DNA of 64,000 nt, taken from positions 2,364 to 66,363 of the forward strand of contig JAKAWQ010000009.1 of NCBI GenBank assembly GCA_021816925.1, given 5' to 3'. The notes beneath the pieces were generated by a model. That model made no database searches, had not been told where the DNA came from, and was given only the letters and a program-made list of their open reading frames with translations. The position numbers were made by a program, and so were the translations under genes. How positions within the stretch are numbered: position 1 is the stretch's first letter; each line of letters begins with the position of its first letter. Origin of the DNA: Pseudomonadota bacterium. Its GTDB lineage: Bacteria; Pseudomonadota; Alphaproteobacteria; Acetobacterales; Acetobacteraceae. Shown here piece by piece: positions 33,030 through 41,447 of this stretch.

Positions 33030-34482
33030 CGAACGAGGCCCCGATCACCCGCTCTTCACTGAGCTCGGCGTGCGCGATCTCGTCGGTGACAACCCCACGG
33101 TAGAACACGTAGACCCGGTCGCAATTCTCGAGCTCGGCGTTCTCGGTCGTGTACCAAAGAAACGCGCGGCCCGCCTCCGCCGCCCGCCGCACGTGCCGGT
33201 AAAGCTCACGCTTGGTCGCGACATCAACGCCGCGCAGCGGATCGTCGAACAGAATGATGTCCGCGTCTGCCGCGAACGCCCGCGCCACCAGCACCTTCTG
33301 CTGATTACCGCCGGAAAGGCTCAGGATCGGCGTGCCGATATCGGGCGCGCGAATATCGAGCCGCACCCGCCACTCCTCGGCTACCGCCGCCTCCCGCGCC
33401 GGGCTCAGCCAGCCGAACCGCGCCAGCCGGCGCACGCACCCGATGGTCGTGTTCCGCCCGACCGACCAGAGCGGAAAGATGCCCTCGATCCGCCGGTCGC
33501 CGCTTACGCTCGCAACCGTTCCGTTCACCTGAAGAGCGCCCCGCCGATGCCCCGCCGCCTCGAACACCGCCCGCAGCAGCGCGCGCTGCCCGTGCCCGGC
33601 AAGCCCGGCAAGTCCCACCACCTCGCCTGCCCGAACGGTAACCGCAAAGCGCGCATCCGGCCGCGCCGCCGCCGCGACGCGGATCTCGCCACGCCACTCT
33701 CGCGCGCCCGCCATCTGCGCCGGCTCGGCCGCGCGCATCACGCCCATCATCTCAACCAGTTGCGCCTCGGTAAGCTGGCCCGCCGCACCGCTCCCCACCA
33801 CCTGCCCGTCGCGCATCACGATCACCTCATCGGCATGGCCGAGAATCTCCGGCAGCCGATGCGAAATGAAGACAACCGCAATCCCGCGCCCGCGTGCCTC
33901 CGCCGTATAGCCCAGCAACTGCCCGGTCGCCGTCGCATCCAGCGAGGCCGTCGGCTCGTCGAGAATGACAAGCCGCACCTTTCGGTCGGTCTCGGTGAAG
34001 GCCCGCGCCGTCTCGACCATCTGCCGCTGGCCGATCGGAAGATCCCCGACCGGGCGCCTGGGGTCGATCCCGTGGCCGGGGAAGATCGCATCGAGCGCCG
34101 CGCCGATCAGCCGCCGCGCCCGCCGCCGCCAGCCGGGCCCGGCAAGCGCGGAATGAATCACCCGCGTGTTCTCCTCCGCGCTCAGGTTCGGGCAGAGCGA
34201 AAGCTCCTGGAACACAGAGCGAATGCCGAGCGCGCCCGCCCGGCGCACGCCGTAGCCGGCGCCGACCCCGTGCCCGGCCACGCGGATCGTCCCTCCGTCG
34301 GCTGCGAGCGTGCCACCAAGAATCTGCATCAGCGTCGATTTGCCGGCGCCGTTGTGGCCGACGACGCTGACCATCCGGCCGCTCTGGATCTCCAGATCAA
34401 CGCCGGCGAGTGCCTGCACCGCGCCGAAATTCTTGACGATCCCGCGAAGCTCGACGAGCGCCGCGCCCGTTTCCCCCGTCAT
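33004..34482 (-). CDS. sugar ABC transporter ATP-binding protein with duplicated ATPase domains
   Basis: The ATG at 34482 gives MTGETGAALVELRGIVKNF... It has a Walker A motif (GHNGAGKST) and two signature motifs (LPIGQRQMV, LSGGNQQKV). Confidence 0.92.
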   Translation of the reverse strand: MTGETGAALVELRGIVKNFGAVQALAGVDLEIQSGRMVSVVGHNGAGKSTLMQILGGTLAADGGTIRVAGHGVGAGYGVRRAGALGIRSVFQELSLCPNLSAEENTRVIHSALAGPGWRRRARRLIGAALDAIFPGHGIDPRRPVGDLPIGQRQMVETARAFTETDRKVRLVILDEPTASLDATATGQLLGYTAEARGRGIAVVFISHRLPEILGHADEVIVMRDGQVVGSGAAGQLTEAQLVEMMGVMRAAEPAQMAGAREWRGEIRVAAAARPDARFAVTVRAGEVVGLAGLAGHGQRALLRAVFEAAGHRRGALQVNGTVASVSGDRRIEGIFPLWSVGRNTTIGCVRRLARFGWLSPAREAAVAEEWRVRLDIRAPDIGTPILSLSGGNQQKVLVARAFAADADIILFDDPLRGVDVATKRELYRHVRRAAEAGRAFLWYTTENAELENCDRVYVFYRGVVTDEIAHAELSEERVIGASFGAEPAIAG

Positions 34483-34504
34483 GCGGCCGCGGCCGGGCTT
34501 GCCC

Positions 34505-35575
34505 TTACGGCATGCTGGTCGGAACCGGCGAGGGCGGCGGCGCGGTGTGCGCAAGATTCGCTGCCATCAGCCTCTCGGTCCATTGCTGGCTATAGAGCGG
34601 CGTCGATACGCCTCCCGGCGGCACGGCCTTGAGCCAGGCGTCGAGGTCCTTCGACATGATGACGAGCAGCGGCACATTCACGGTCTTCGGCACTTTGGCC
34701 CCGGCCAGGATCCGCTGCGCGACCCAGAACGCAATCGACGAGACGCCGGGCGCGGAAGAGAGCGAAAAGGTCCGATAGCCGCCCGGCGCGGACGCGAGCT
34801 TCTTCCAAAGCGCAAGCTCGTCCTGCCGGTTGCCCATGATGATCAGCGGCGTCGGCCGTCCGGCCGCCTTGAACGCCTCGTAAGTGCCGTAGCCGTCTCC
34901 GCCCTGCGTCACCACCGCGGCCACCTTCGGCAAGGTCGGCAGGATGCCCGCGACCTCTTTCTGGGCGATCGATTGCGTCCAGTTCCCGTGCACCGATCCG
35001 ACGAGCTTGATCCCCGGATACTTGGCGAACCCCTCGACAATACCGCGATGGATGTCATGATCAACCGACGTTCCGGCGATCCCGCGCACCTCAAGCACGT
35101 TGCCTTTGCCGCCGAGCCGCTTCGCCACGTAGTTGGCTTCCATCAGGCCCATATTGACGTAATTGTACGCAACCTTGTAGGCGCAGGGCGCGGTCGCGAG
35201 GCTGTCGAACACCACCACCACGATGTGGGCGCTGCACGCCTGCTGGATCACGCCGTTGAGTGCCGTCGGCGAGGCGGCATCGATCACGATCGCCTTCCAG
35301 CCCTGCAGCGTGAGATCGCCGATCTGCGAAGCCTGCTGCGGGGCGGAGTTGTCGGCGTTCACAACCTTGGTCCGGGCGATCACACCCCTCTTGATCGCGT
35401 CCTTGGAAGCAAGACCCCACATCTTCAGCATCTGCTGTCGCCAGCCGTTGCCGGCGTAGGAGTTGCTGAGCGCGATGCCGTCCTTGGCCGTGCTGGTATC
35501 GCCCGCACGCGCCGGACTTCCCATCAGCGCGAGCGACAACGCCGCCCCGACGACCAGGCATTTTCCGAGCTTCAT
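34505..35575 (-). CDS. sugar ABC transporter periplasmic binding protein
   Basis: The ATG at 35575 is preceded by GGGAGAG. It has a signal peptide (MKLGKCLVVGAALSLALMGSPARA) and a periplasmic-binding-protein type I body. Confidence 0.9.
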   Translation of the reverse strand: MKLGKCLVVGAALSLALMGSPARAGDTSTAKDGIALSNSYAGNGWRQQMLKMWGLASKDAIKRGVIARTKVVNADNSAPQQASQIGDLTLQGWKAIVIDAASPTALNGVIQQACSAHIVVVVFDSLATAPCAYKVAYNYVNMGLMEANYVAKRLGGKGNVLEVRGIAGTSVDHDIHRGIVEGFAKYPGIKLVGSVHGNWTQSIAQKEVAGILPTLPKVAAVVTQGGDGYGTYEAFKAAGRPTPLIIMGNRQDELALWKKLASAPGGYRTFSLSSAPGVSSIAFWVAQRILAGAKVPKTVNVPLLVIMSKDLDAWLKAVPPGGVSTPLYSQQWTERLMAANLAHTAPPPSPVPTSMP

Positions 35576-35878
35576 GGCGTTCTCTCCCTTGGTCCGGCCC
35601 GGCCGCGCCACGCGCCTCGGCCTCGGCCGGAACCGCGAACTTCGCGCACAGGATTGGGTAAACGGACGTTGGGATCATAGCGGAACCACCCGTTATCCGG
35701 CAAGGGACGCGGACCGCGATCGCGAGCCTGCAACCTCGGCGCCCAACCCCGCCGGCGCCGCCGTCGCTCCTCCGCGACCCTTTGCGGCGGCAGACTCGCC
35801 CAACCCGCGCCGAAATCGCGCCGTGCACGCGGCGCGATCTCGCTTCGGGCTTTCGATGAGAAGAAAGACGTAGTGTCC

Positions 35879-35921
35879 TGCCCCCTACGTTCGCTGCCCT
35901 TTGCAGCGAACGTAGGGGGCA
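35879..35921 (-). terminator. perfect 19-bp stem-loop
   Basis: tgccccctacgttcgctgc-ccttt-gcagcgaacgtagggggca. It lies downstream (minus sense) of gene 35999..36445 and is followed by a pyrimidine-rich stretch. Confidence 0.5.
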
Positions 35922-35947
35922 AGCAGGCCACTGAAAATAAAGGGCGA

Positions 35948-35999
35948 GTGTCCCGATTCCGACGATTTGTCATGACCAGGAACTTCGGAATCGGGACAC
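35948..35999 (-). terminator. 15-bp inverted repeat abutting the stop of gene 35999..36445
   Basis: gtgtcccgattccga...22 nt...tcggaatcgggacac. In minus sense it is followed by tcgccctttattttcag (T-rich). Confidence 0.5.
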
Positions 36000-36445
36000 T
36001 AGGCCGCAGCAATGGCGGCATCGAACGCAGCCAGCACCGCGGCATGCGTCGATCCGTCGTTCATGTGCTCCATGTCGCGGAAGCCGTGCTGCCTCGCCAC
36101 CTGCTGCAGAACCCGGTCCGCGTGCTCGAACGTCCGCAAGCCCGCGCGGTGTCGTGCTACCGCCCTGAGCGCGCCAACCGCGCAGTATCGCCGGTCTCGC
36201 GTCTCATAGAACCGCTGCGTCCATCGGGCCTCATCCTCGATCAGCGCACGCGCCATGCGCAGCAGCTCGGCTGGCCACGGCTCGGGCCGAGCCACCGGGC
36301 GACCGCCAAACAAAACCGCGAGGCCGCCCATCCCGGCGGCCACGCACCGCCTTGCGAGCCGCCAAGCCTGGCGTCCGAAAATCGCAGCCCACGGCGTTGG
36401 CACGGCCGTTGCTGGCAGGCGAAACTCAGTACCATCGAACGGCAT
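35999..36445 (-). CDS. hypothetical protein (resembles the DUF6197-type family)
   Basis: The ATG at 36445 is preceded by GAGGAGGA. The segment ...RWTQRFYETRDRRYCAVGALRAV...VLQQVARQHGFRDMEHMNDGSTHAAVLAAFDAAI fits my recollection of that family. No search was run. Confidence 0.55.
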   Translation of the reverse strand: MPFDGTEFRLPATAVPTPWAAIFGRQAWRLARRCVAAGMGGLAVLFGGRPVARPEPWPAELLRMARALIEDEARWTQRFYETRDRRYCAVGALRAVARHRAGLRTFEHADRVLQQVARQHGFRDMEHMNDGSTHAAVLAAFDAAIAAA

Positions 36446-36754
36446 CCTATCCTCCTCTCGCTGTCCCCTGATGGGCTCCGCTCGGAGGGCCCTCCCCACC
36501 CGCGATTCCGCTCGCCCAGGCGCAAGGTCGGCCCACTCGCCGCTGTCGCCCTTCTGTGGTCAGCGCTCTTTCCTTCCTCGCCTTTCGCCGGCATCCGAAG
36601 GCAGGACTCGTGCCTCTCTCATGCCGGAGTTCGGCGATCAGTTCCTCGGTCAGCGGAAAGCCCTCGCAGAGCTTCCAGGCGCGTCGCCGTCATCGGGCGG
36701 AGGGCGCAGAACGTCAAGGAAATACCGTCGGCTGCGCGCCGGAGCGGCGCGCCC

Positions 36755-37477
36755 TCAGCAGCCGAGCTTCGCCGCCAGCTCGCAAAAATCCTTGGCCGTC
36801 ACGTCGAATTTCCGGCCGTGCGGAGCCTCGGCCGTCCCGCCCGGCCCGTGCTCTGCGGGTCGCGGCACGAACGCGGTGCGAAACCCGCGCCCGGCCGCCC
36901 CCGCAAGGTCGCTCGGATGCGCCGCCACCATCATTGAGGCCCCGGGCGCGAGATCGAGCAGCTCTGCGGCCCGGTCATAGACGACCGCATCGGGCTTGTA
37001 CGCGCGCGCGATCTCCGCGCCCAGAATCGCGTCCCACGGCAGCCCCGCGTGCTTCGCGAGGTTGACCATCAGCGCCACGTTGCCGTTCGAGAGCGTGGCG
37101 AGGATGAACCTCCGCTTGAGCCGCCCAAGCCCCTCCACCACATCGGGCAGGGTTCGAGACGATGCCAGGCCCGGTTGAGCTCATCAATCGCCGGCTCATC
37201 GAGCCCGGAGATCGAGAATTCCTCAAGCAGAAAAAAGATTTTCCCGATGGAGATCGTCGAGCTTCACCCACGGCCGCTCGCCCCGGCGCACCTTCTCTAT
37301 CGCCGGCTGATAGCGCGCACGCCAGCGATCGGCGAAGGCGTGCCAATCTCTCTCGAAGCCGCGTGGGCCGAGAGCCGCCCGCGCCTCGCTTGCGATGCTC
37401 TCCCGCCAGTCAACCACCGTCCCGAACACGTCGAAGGTGAGCGCGCCGCCGCCCGTGCCGGGGTTTTGACCAGCCAT
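36755..37477 (-). pseudogene. haloacid dehalogenase type II (HAD superfamily), split by a frameshift in a homopolymer run
   Basis: The N-terminal part (ATG 37477, MAGQNPGTGGGALTFDVFGTVVDW...LHRENLFSA*) and the C-terminal part (36755..37141, ...LATLSNGN...AYKPD...) are in different frames. Deleting one base of the A6 run at 37211-37216 restores ...HRENLFLLEEFSISGLDEPAIDELNRAWHRLEPCP... Confidence 0.75.
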
Positions 37478-37485
37478 CGCCCGCC

Positions 37486-38271
37486 TCAAAATGCCGCCGC
37501 GGCGCGCGCCGCCGCCTCGAGCATCGCCACGTCGAATCCCTTGAGCAGCACCCGATAGCCCGCCGCTTGCTTTGCCCTCGCCGCCTCGGCCGATAGCGCC
37601 ACGCCCGCCATCACGATGCCCGCGCGCCTGATCTTCGCTTCCGCCTCGCCGACCAGCCGGCGCATCTCCGGATGGTCGAACTCGCCGGGGTGGCCGAGGC
37701 AGAGCGAGAGATCGAACGAGGCGATCGCCGCCACGTCGATCCCCGGCACCGCGAGGATCTCGTCGAGCGCCGCGATCGCCTCCGGCGTCTCGATCGTGAT
37801 GATGTTGAGGATCTCCCGATCCGCGATCCGCCAATACTCCTCCCGGCTCACGCCCCAGCGCGCGGCTGCGAACGACGGCGCATAGCCGCGCACCCCCGCC
37901 GGCGGATAACGCACGGCGGCCGTCGTGCGGCGCGCCTCCTCGGCGCTTCCGACCAGCGGGAAATTGATGCCCATCGCGCCGGCATCCAACACCGGCTTGA
38001 CGAGCCATGGCTCGTTCGCCGGCACGCGCACGAGCGGCGCCGTCCCGGTGCCCTGTGTGGCCGCGATCATCGCGTGCAGTGTTGCGAGATCGATCGCGCC
38101 ATGCTCCATGTCGAGGATCAGCGCGTCAATGCCGCTCCGCGCCAGAACCTGCACGAGTGCGGCGCTTGGCGTCGCCACCATGAAGGCGCCGATCGCGCTG
38201 CCTGCGGCAAGGTGCGCCTTCGCAGGATTGAGGAAGCCGCCGGCGATCTGCGGGGAGGATTGCTGAGACAT
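37486..38271 (-). CDS. HpcH/HpaI aldolase/citrate-lyase family protein
   Basis: The segment ...LARSGIDALILDMEHGAIDLATLHAMI...PLVRVPANEPWLVKPVLDAGAMGINFPLV...AVRYPPAGVRG... fits this family. The likely start is the ATG at 38271; the track extends to 38307. Confidence 0.85.
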   Translation of the reverse strand: MSQQSSPQIAGGFLNPAKAHLAAGSAIGAFMVATPSAALVQVLARSGIDALILDMEHGAIDLATLHAMIAATQGTGTAPLVRVPANEPWLVKPVLDAGAMGINFPLVGSAEEARRTTAAVRYPPAGVRGYAPSFAAARWGVSREEYWRIADREILNIITIETPEAIAALDEILAVPGIDVAAIASFDLSLCLGHPGEFDHPEMRRLVGEAEAKIRRAGIVMAGVALSAEAARAKQAAGYRVLLKGFDVAMLEAAARAAAAF

Positions 38272-38722
38272 GCCGCCATCCATGACCGCGTCCGCTCCGC
38301 CCGGCAAGCCGCCCCTTGTCCGCCATCTCCTCGAAACGTCGCTCTACGTCGAAGATCCCGCCCGAGCGCAGGAATTCTACCAGCGCCTGTTCGGCTTCCC
38401 GCTCGCCTTCGCCGATCAGCGCCTTTCCGCGCTTGCCCTCCCGGGCCCTGCCGTGCTGCTGCTCTTCCGCAGGGATGCATTTACAAAACCGGGCCGGACC
38501 CCGGGCGGTCTCGTTCCCGCGCACGGCGGCGCCGGCCACCTCCATCTCTGCTTCGCGATCGACGCCGCCGACCTCGCGGTGTGGCAAGAGCGGCTCACCA
38601 CGCTCGGCGTGCCCATCGAGAGCCGCGTGCATTGGCCACGGGGAAGCGAAAGCCTCTACTTCCGCGACCCCGACAACCACCTTCTCGAGCTCGCCACGCC
38701 CGGCCTCTGGCCCGACTACTGA
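38270..38722 (+). CDS. VOC (glyoxalase/bleomycin-resistance/dioxygenase) family protein
   Basis: 150 aa. The segment ...VRHLLETSLYVEDPARAQEFYQRLFGF...GHLHLCFAI...SLYFRDPDNHLLELATPGLW shows a typical VOC beta-alpha-beta pattern. Confidence 0.8.
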   Translation: MPPSMTASAPPGKPPLVRHLLETSLYVEDPARAQEFYQRLFGFPLAFADQRLSALALPGPAVLLLFRRDAFTKPGRTPGGLVPAHGGAGHLHLCFAIDAADLAVWQERLTTLGVPIESRVHWPRGSESLYFRDPDNHLLELATPGLWPDY

Positions 38723-38750
38723 TCCGCCTGATCCGCGTGCAAGCCTGGGT

Positions 38751-39122
38751 TCAGCGGGTCGCGATCAGCTCCCAGAAATGCGGCACGTTTCCCAGGAGCG
38801 ACGTCACGACGACGCCGACGCCCGCGGAGAGCTCCTGCAGCGAGGCTTCGGCGCCGTTGCCGAACCTCACACCATCATGCCAGGGGCCCTTGTCGAGGCG
38901 GACAAAGCTCGCCTCCTCGATCGCGCCGACACGGAGCCGCCGCTGCACGTCCGCGGGAATCCCCTCGAGTCGAAGCCGTGTGTCGCATTGCACGCAGATC
39001 GGCGTATCCTGTGTGCCCGGCACCGCCAGCCCGATCGTGCCGCTGCGAAACCGCGTCGTCACGTACCGCTCGCCTTCGCGCGCCGGCCGCGTCCCATACA
39101 TTTCAAGCGAATAATCGCACAT
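38751..39122 (-). CDS. hypothetical protein
   Basis: The ATG at 39122 is preceded by GGGGAGGGG. The product begins MCDYSLEMYGTRPAREGERYVTTRF... and looks like a conserved small protein, but I cannot name a family. Confidence 0.6.
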   Translation of the reverse strand: MCDYSLEMYGTRPAREGERYVTTRFRSGTIGLAVPGTQDTPICVQCDTRLRLEGIPADVQRRLRVGAIEEASFVRLDKGPWHDGVRFGNGAEASLQELSAGVGVVVTSLLGNVPHFWELIATR

Positions 39123-39280
39123 TATCCCCTCCCCCACGCCCGCGGGCCCATGCCCCGCCGGGGCGTGCACTCAGCATCTGCGTTGCGCGGCCCTCCGATC
39201 AAGGGGAGCGCAAAAAGTTTGTAGCGCCCCACCCGAACGCGCGGCAAGGAGAGGAATCCGTGCTCCTCACGGCACCCGCC

Positions 39281-39610
39281 TCATCCCGGCCTTCCGGGCC
39301 TGAGCAGCCGGTCCGCCACCAGCCACGCCGCTCCACGCTGCCACGATACATCGTCATCGCCACTGAGATCGACGCTGCCAGACGCGATCACCTGCCCGCC
39401 CGGCACCGCGCGGATCGCGATATTCACGCTCAGGATCAGGGCTGAGACCTTCTGCACGAGGCCAGTTGCAACCGCCTCGGCTCCCACCTCCCGCGCCGGC
39501 GCAACCGCGCACCCGTTGCACCCCGCAAGGTCGTTCCCGGCGATCACGCGCGCGATCGGCTGCACGCTGCTGGCGACATAGGTGCCCGAGTGCTCGAGGA
39601 GCCGCATCAC
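39281..39610 (-). CDS. hypothetical protein; possible last gene (14) of the novel operon
   Basis: 109-aa ORF with GTG/ATG starts at 39610/39607. It is in the same orientation as gene 13 and 135 nt downstream of it. No clear SD or family was found, and its frame stays open upstream without a canonical start. Confidence 0.35.
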   Translation of the reverse strand: MMRLLEHSGTYVASSVQPIARVIAGNDLAGCNGCAVAPAREVGAEAVATGLVQKVSALILSVNIAIRAVPGGQVIASGSVDLSGDDDVSWQRGAAWLVADRLLRPGRPG

Positions 39611-39744
39611 CCGCTCCTGAATCCGCCGGATGCGCGCGAGATCAGCCGGGTTCGGCCGCGCGCCGGGGGCAGGATGGCTCGTGTCTTCGAGCGTGAACGG
39701 AAGGAAGGTGGTTCGGAGCGGCGCTCCCGCCCGCGCCCGCGCCG

Positions 39745-40203
39745 TTACCGGCAGCAGCCCGAGATGCCAGGCTCACAGCACCCGCAACCCATGAGCGCAC
39801 AGCAATCCGTTGCACAGCAGCAATGGCAGCCGCAACCGTATCCGTGTTCACCGCGCCAGCCTTCACCGTGCGGCAACATCTCCGCCGCGCCCCCGAGCGC
39901 GCCCGCACTGCTCGCGAGCACCGCATTGAGGAGTTCGATGCCGAGTCTCACCGTCGTGCCGAGCCCCTCGCCGATTGTGCGCACCCCGCCCGCGCTTCCG
40001 CCGGCCGCCCCACCCGGCGCGCCGAACAGCGCGAGCGAGGGAGGCACCGCCCAACCCGGCATCGCGCCCGGCATCACGCCCCCGGGCGGCATCATCACCG
40101 GCATCATCATCGGTCCCGCTGCCGCCATGCGCGCCTTGTAGCGCGCGAATTCCGCCTCCGCTGCGCTCGAAGGACGTTCCGCACCACCATCCGATCCGCT
40201 CAT
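39745..40203 (-). CDS. novel-operon gene 13: Met/Pro-rich protein with an extreme C-terminal Cys cluster
   Basis: The ATG at 40203 is preceded by GGGAGGGGCGGAG. The product is 152 aa. It has a Met-rich segment (PMMMPVMMPPGGVMPGAMPG), a Gly/Leu amphipathic segment and the tail GCGCHCCCATDCCALMGCGCCEPGISGCCR (12 Cys in 30 aa). Confidence 0.75.
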   Translation of the reverse strand: MSGSDGGAERPSSAAEAEFARYKARMAAAGPMMMPVMMPPGGVMPGAMPGWAVPPSLALFGAPGGAAGGSAGGVRTIGEGLGTTVRLGIELLNAVLASSAGALGGAAEMLPHGEGWRGEHGYGCGCHCCCATDCCALMGCGCCEPGISGCCR

Positions 40204-40219
40204 CTCCGCCCCTCCCTGC

Positions 40220-40798
40220 TCAGCAGCCGCAAATGAAAATCTCGCACCAGCGCACGCGCGCCGTCGCGTTGAGCGCCATCGCGACGAGCTTCGCTCCCGG
40301 CTTGGTCGTGATCACGCCCTCCTTTACGCGATAGGGCGTGCCCGCATTCTCCTGCCGTGCCCATAGCATCGCCGTGCCTTCGCTGTCGGTCACTTCGATC
40401 AGCACGATGAAGGGTTGCGTCGTCACCGACGCCGCGTACTCCACCGAAAGCGAGACACAGCACCCCCCGCCGATGAAGGCGGTGGCGGTCCCCAGGTTCT
40501 GCGTCTGCAGCGCCTGCGGACTCACCTCCGCGCCCGTCGGCTGCACGCGCTCGAGCATCGCCTTCGTCATCGTCGAGAGTTGCCCCACGGCCGCGCCCGG
40601 GGTGGCTCCCGCCGTGTCCCCTTGCTTCGCCGCCGGCTGCACGAGCAGCTCCTTCGCCTCGCGCCTGCACTCCCGGCAGCCGCAGCGGCAGTCCCCGCTC
40701 GGCGCGCCGCAGCGCCGGCAATGCCCCGGTGACCCGTACGTCATCGGTGCCCAGGCGCGCGTGCCCGTGTAGCGGGCCGCCTCGAACGGTCTGAACAT
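40220..40798 (-). CDS. novel-operon gene 12: Cys-rich protein, paralogue of gene 11
   Basis: The ATG at 40798 is preceded by AAGGGAGAGG. The product is 192 aa. It has an N-terminal HCRRCGAPSGDCRCGCRECRRE, a beta-rich core (...VSLSVEYAASV...) and the C-terminus ...NATARVRWCEIFICGC. Confidence 0.75.
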   Translation of the reverse strand: MFRPFEAARYTGTRAWAPMTYGSPGHCRRCGAPSGDCRCGCRECRREAKELLVQPAAKQGDTAGATPGAAVGQLSTMTKAMLERVQPTGAEVSPQALQTQNLGTATAFIGGGCCVSLSVEYAASVTTQPFIVLIEVTDSEGTAMLWARQENAGTPYRVKEGVITTKPGAKLVAMALNATARVRWCEIFICGC

Positions 40799-40817
40799 CG
40801 CAGCCTCTCCCTTTACC

Positions 40818-41219
40818 TCAGCAGCATACCCGCTCGCACCAGCGCACGCGCGCCGTCACGTTCGTCACCGCAAGCGTCACGGTCGATCCCGCCGCCACCG
40901 CACCCAGCCCCTCGTACACATGGTAGCCGGCCGCCGGGCTCGGATCGCTCCAGGTGGTCGCCGTTCCTCCGCTCGAGACAATCGTCACCGTCACCGAGGG
41001 CGTCGTGGCTCCGCTCGCCACCGAATACTCCACCGTGAGCCGGCTTTCTCCCCGGCCGCCCACCATCCCCGAGTTCGTCGGCGCCTTTGCGTCCGCGTCA
41101 ATCTCCTCCACCACCGTCTGCTCGGCCGCGCCCGGCCAGGGCAACACCGGAACCCACATCACGGGATAGCAGCCGCACGGCGGCGGGCCGCCGCATGGCC
41201 TCGGCGAATGCGCGTACAT
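40818..41219 (-). CDS. novel-operon gene 11: Cys-rich protein, paralogue of gene 12
   Basis: The ATG at 41219 is preceded by AAGGAGAGGG. The product is 133 aa. It has an N-terminal PCGGPPPCGC, a core (...SRLTVEYSVAS...) and the C-terminus ...NVTARVRWCERVCC. Confidence 0.75.
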   Translation of the reverse strand: MYAHSPRPCGGPPPCGCYPVMWVPVLPWPGAAEQTVVEEIDADAKAPTNSGMVGGRGESRLTVEYSVASGATTPSVTVTIVSSGGTATTWSDPSPAAGYHVYEGLGAVAAGSTVTLAVTNVTARVRWCERVCC

Positions 41220-41231
41220 CGTCCCTCTCCT

Positions 41232-41432
41232 TCAGCTTTGCGGCGGCTTGCCCGGCGCCGCCTCCGGTTTCGTCAAATCCCGTACGATCCCGAGCACGTC
41301 GTTCACGATTCCGAAGCCTGCGCTGACGAACCCCGTCACACTGTCCGAGATCTTCTGCGGGATCTTGTTGTCGATCAGCGCGGCGGCGGCGTCGTGCACC
41401 AGCTCACCCACCGGTCCCAGGATCCGTGCCAT
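41232..41432 (-). CDS. novel-operon gene 10: small (66 aa) amphipathic protein
   Basis: The ATG at 41432 is preceded by GAGGGAGAAGG. The product is MARILGPVGELVHDAAAALIDNKIPQKISDSVTGFVSAGFGIVNDVLGIVRDL... Confidence 0.65.
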   Translation of the reverse strand: MARILGPVGELVHDAAAALIDNKIPQKISDSVTGFVSAGFGIVNDVLGIVRDLTKPEAAPGKPPQS

Positions 41433-41447
41433 CGCCTTCTCCCTCGC

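Noticed and set aside
39745-40203. Gene 13 as a RiPP precursor or lanthipeptide-like Cys-rich core peptide
   Set aside because: At 152 aa it is long for a precursor. The operon contains no recognisable maturases: no LanB/C/M, YcaO, radical-SAM or peptidase/ABC exporter genes. The idea is retained only as a remote alternative.
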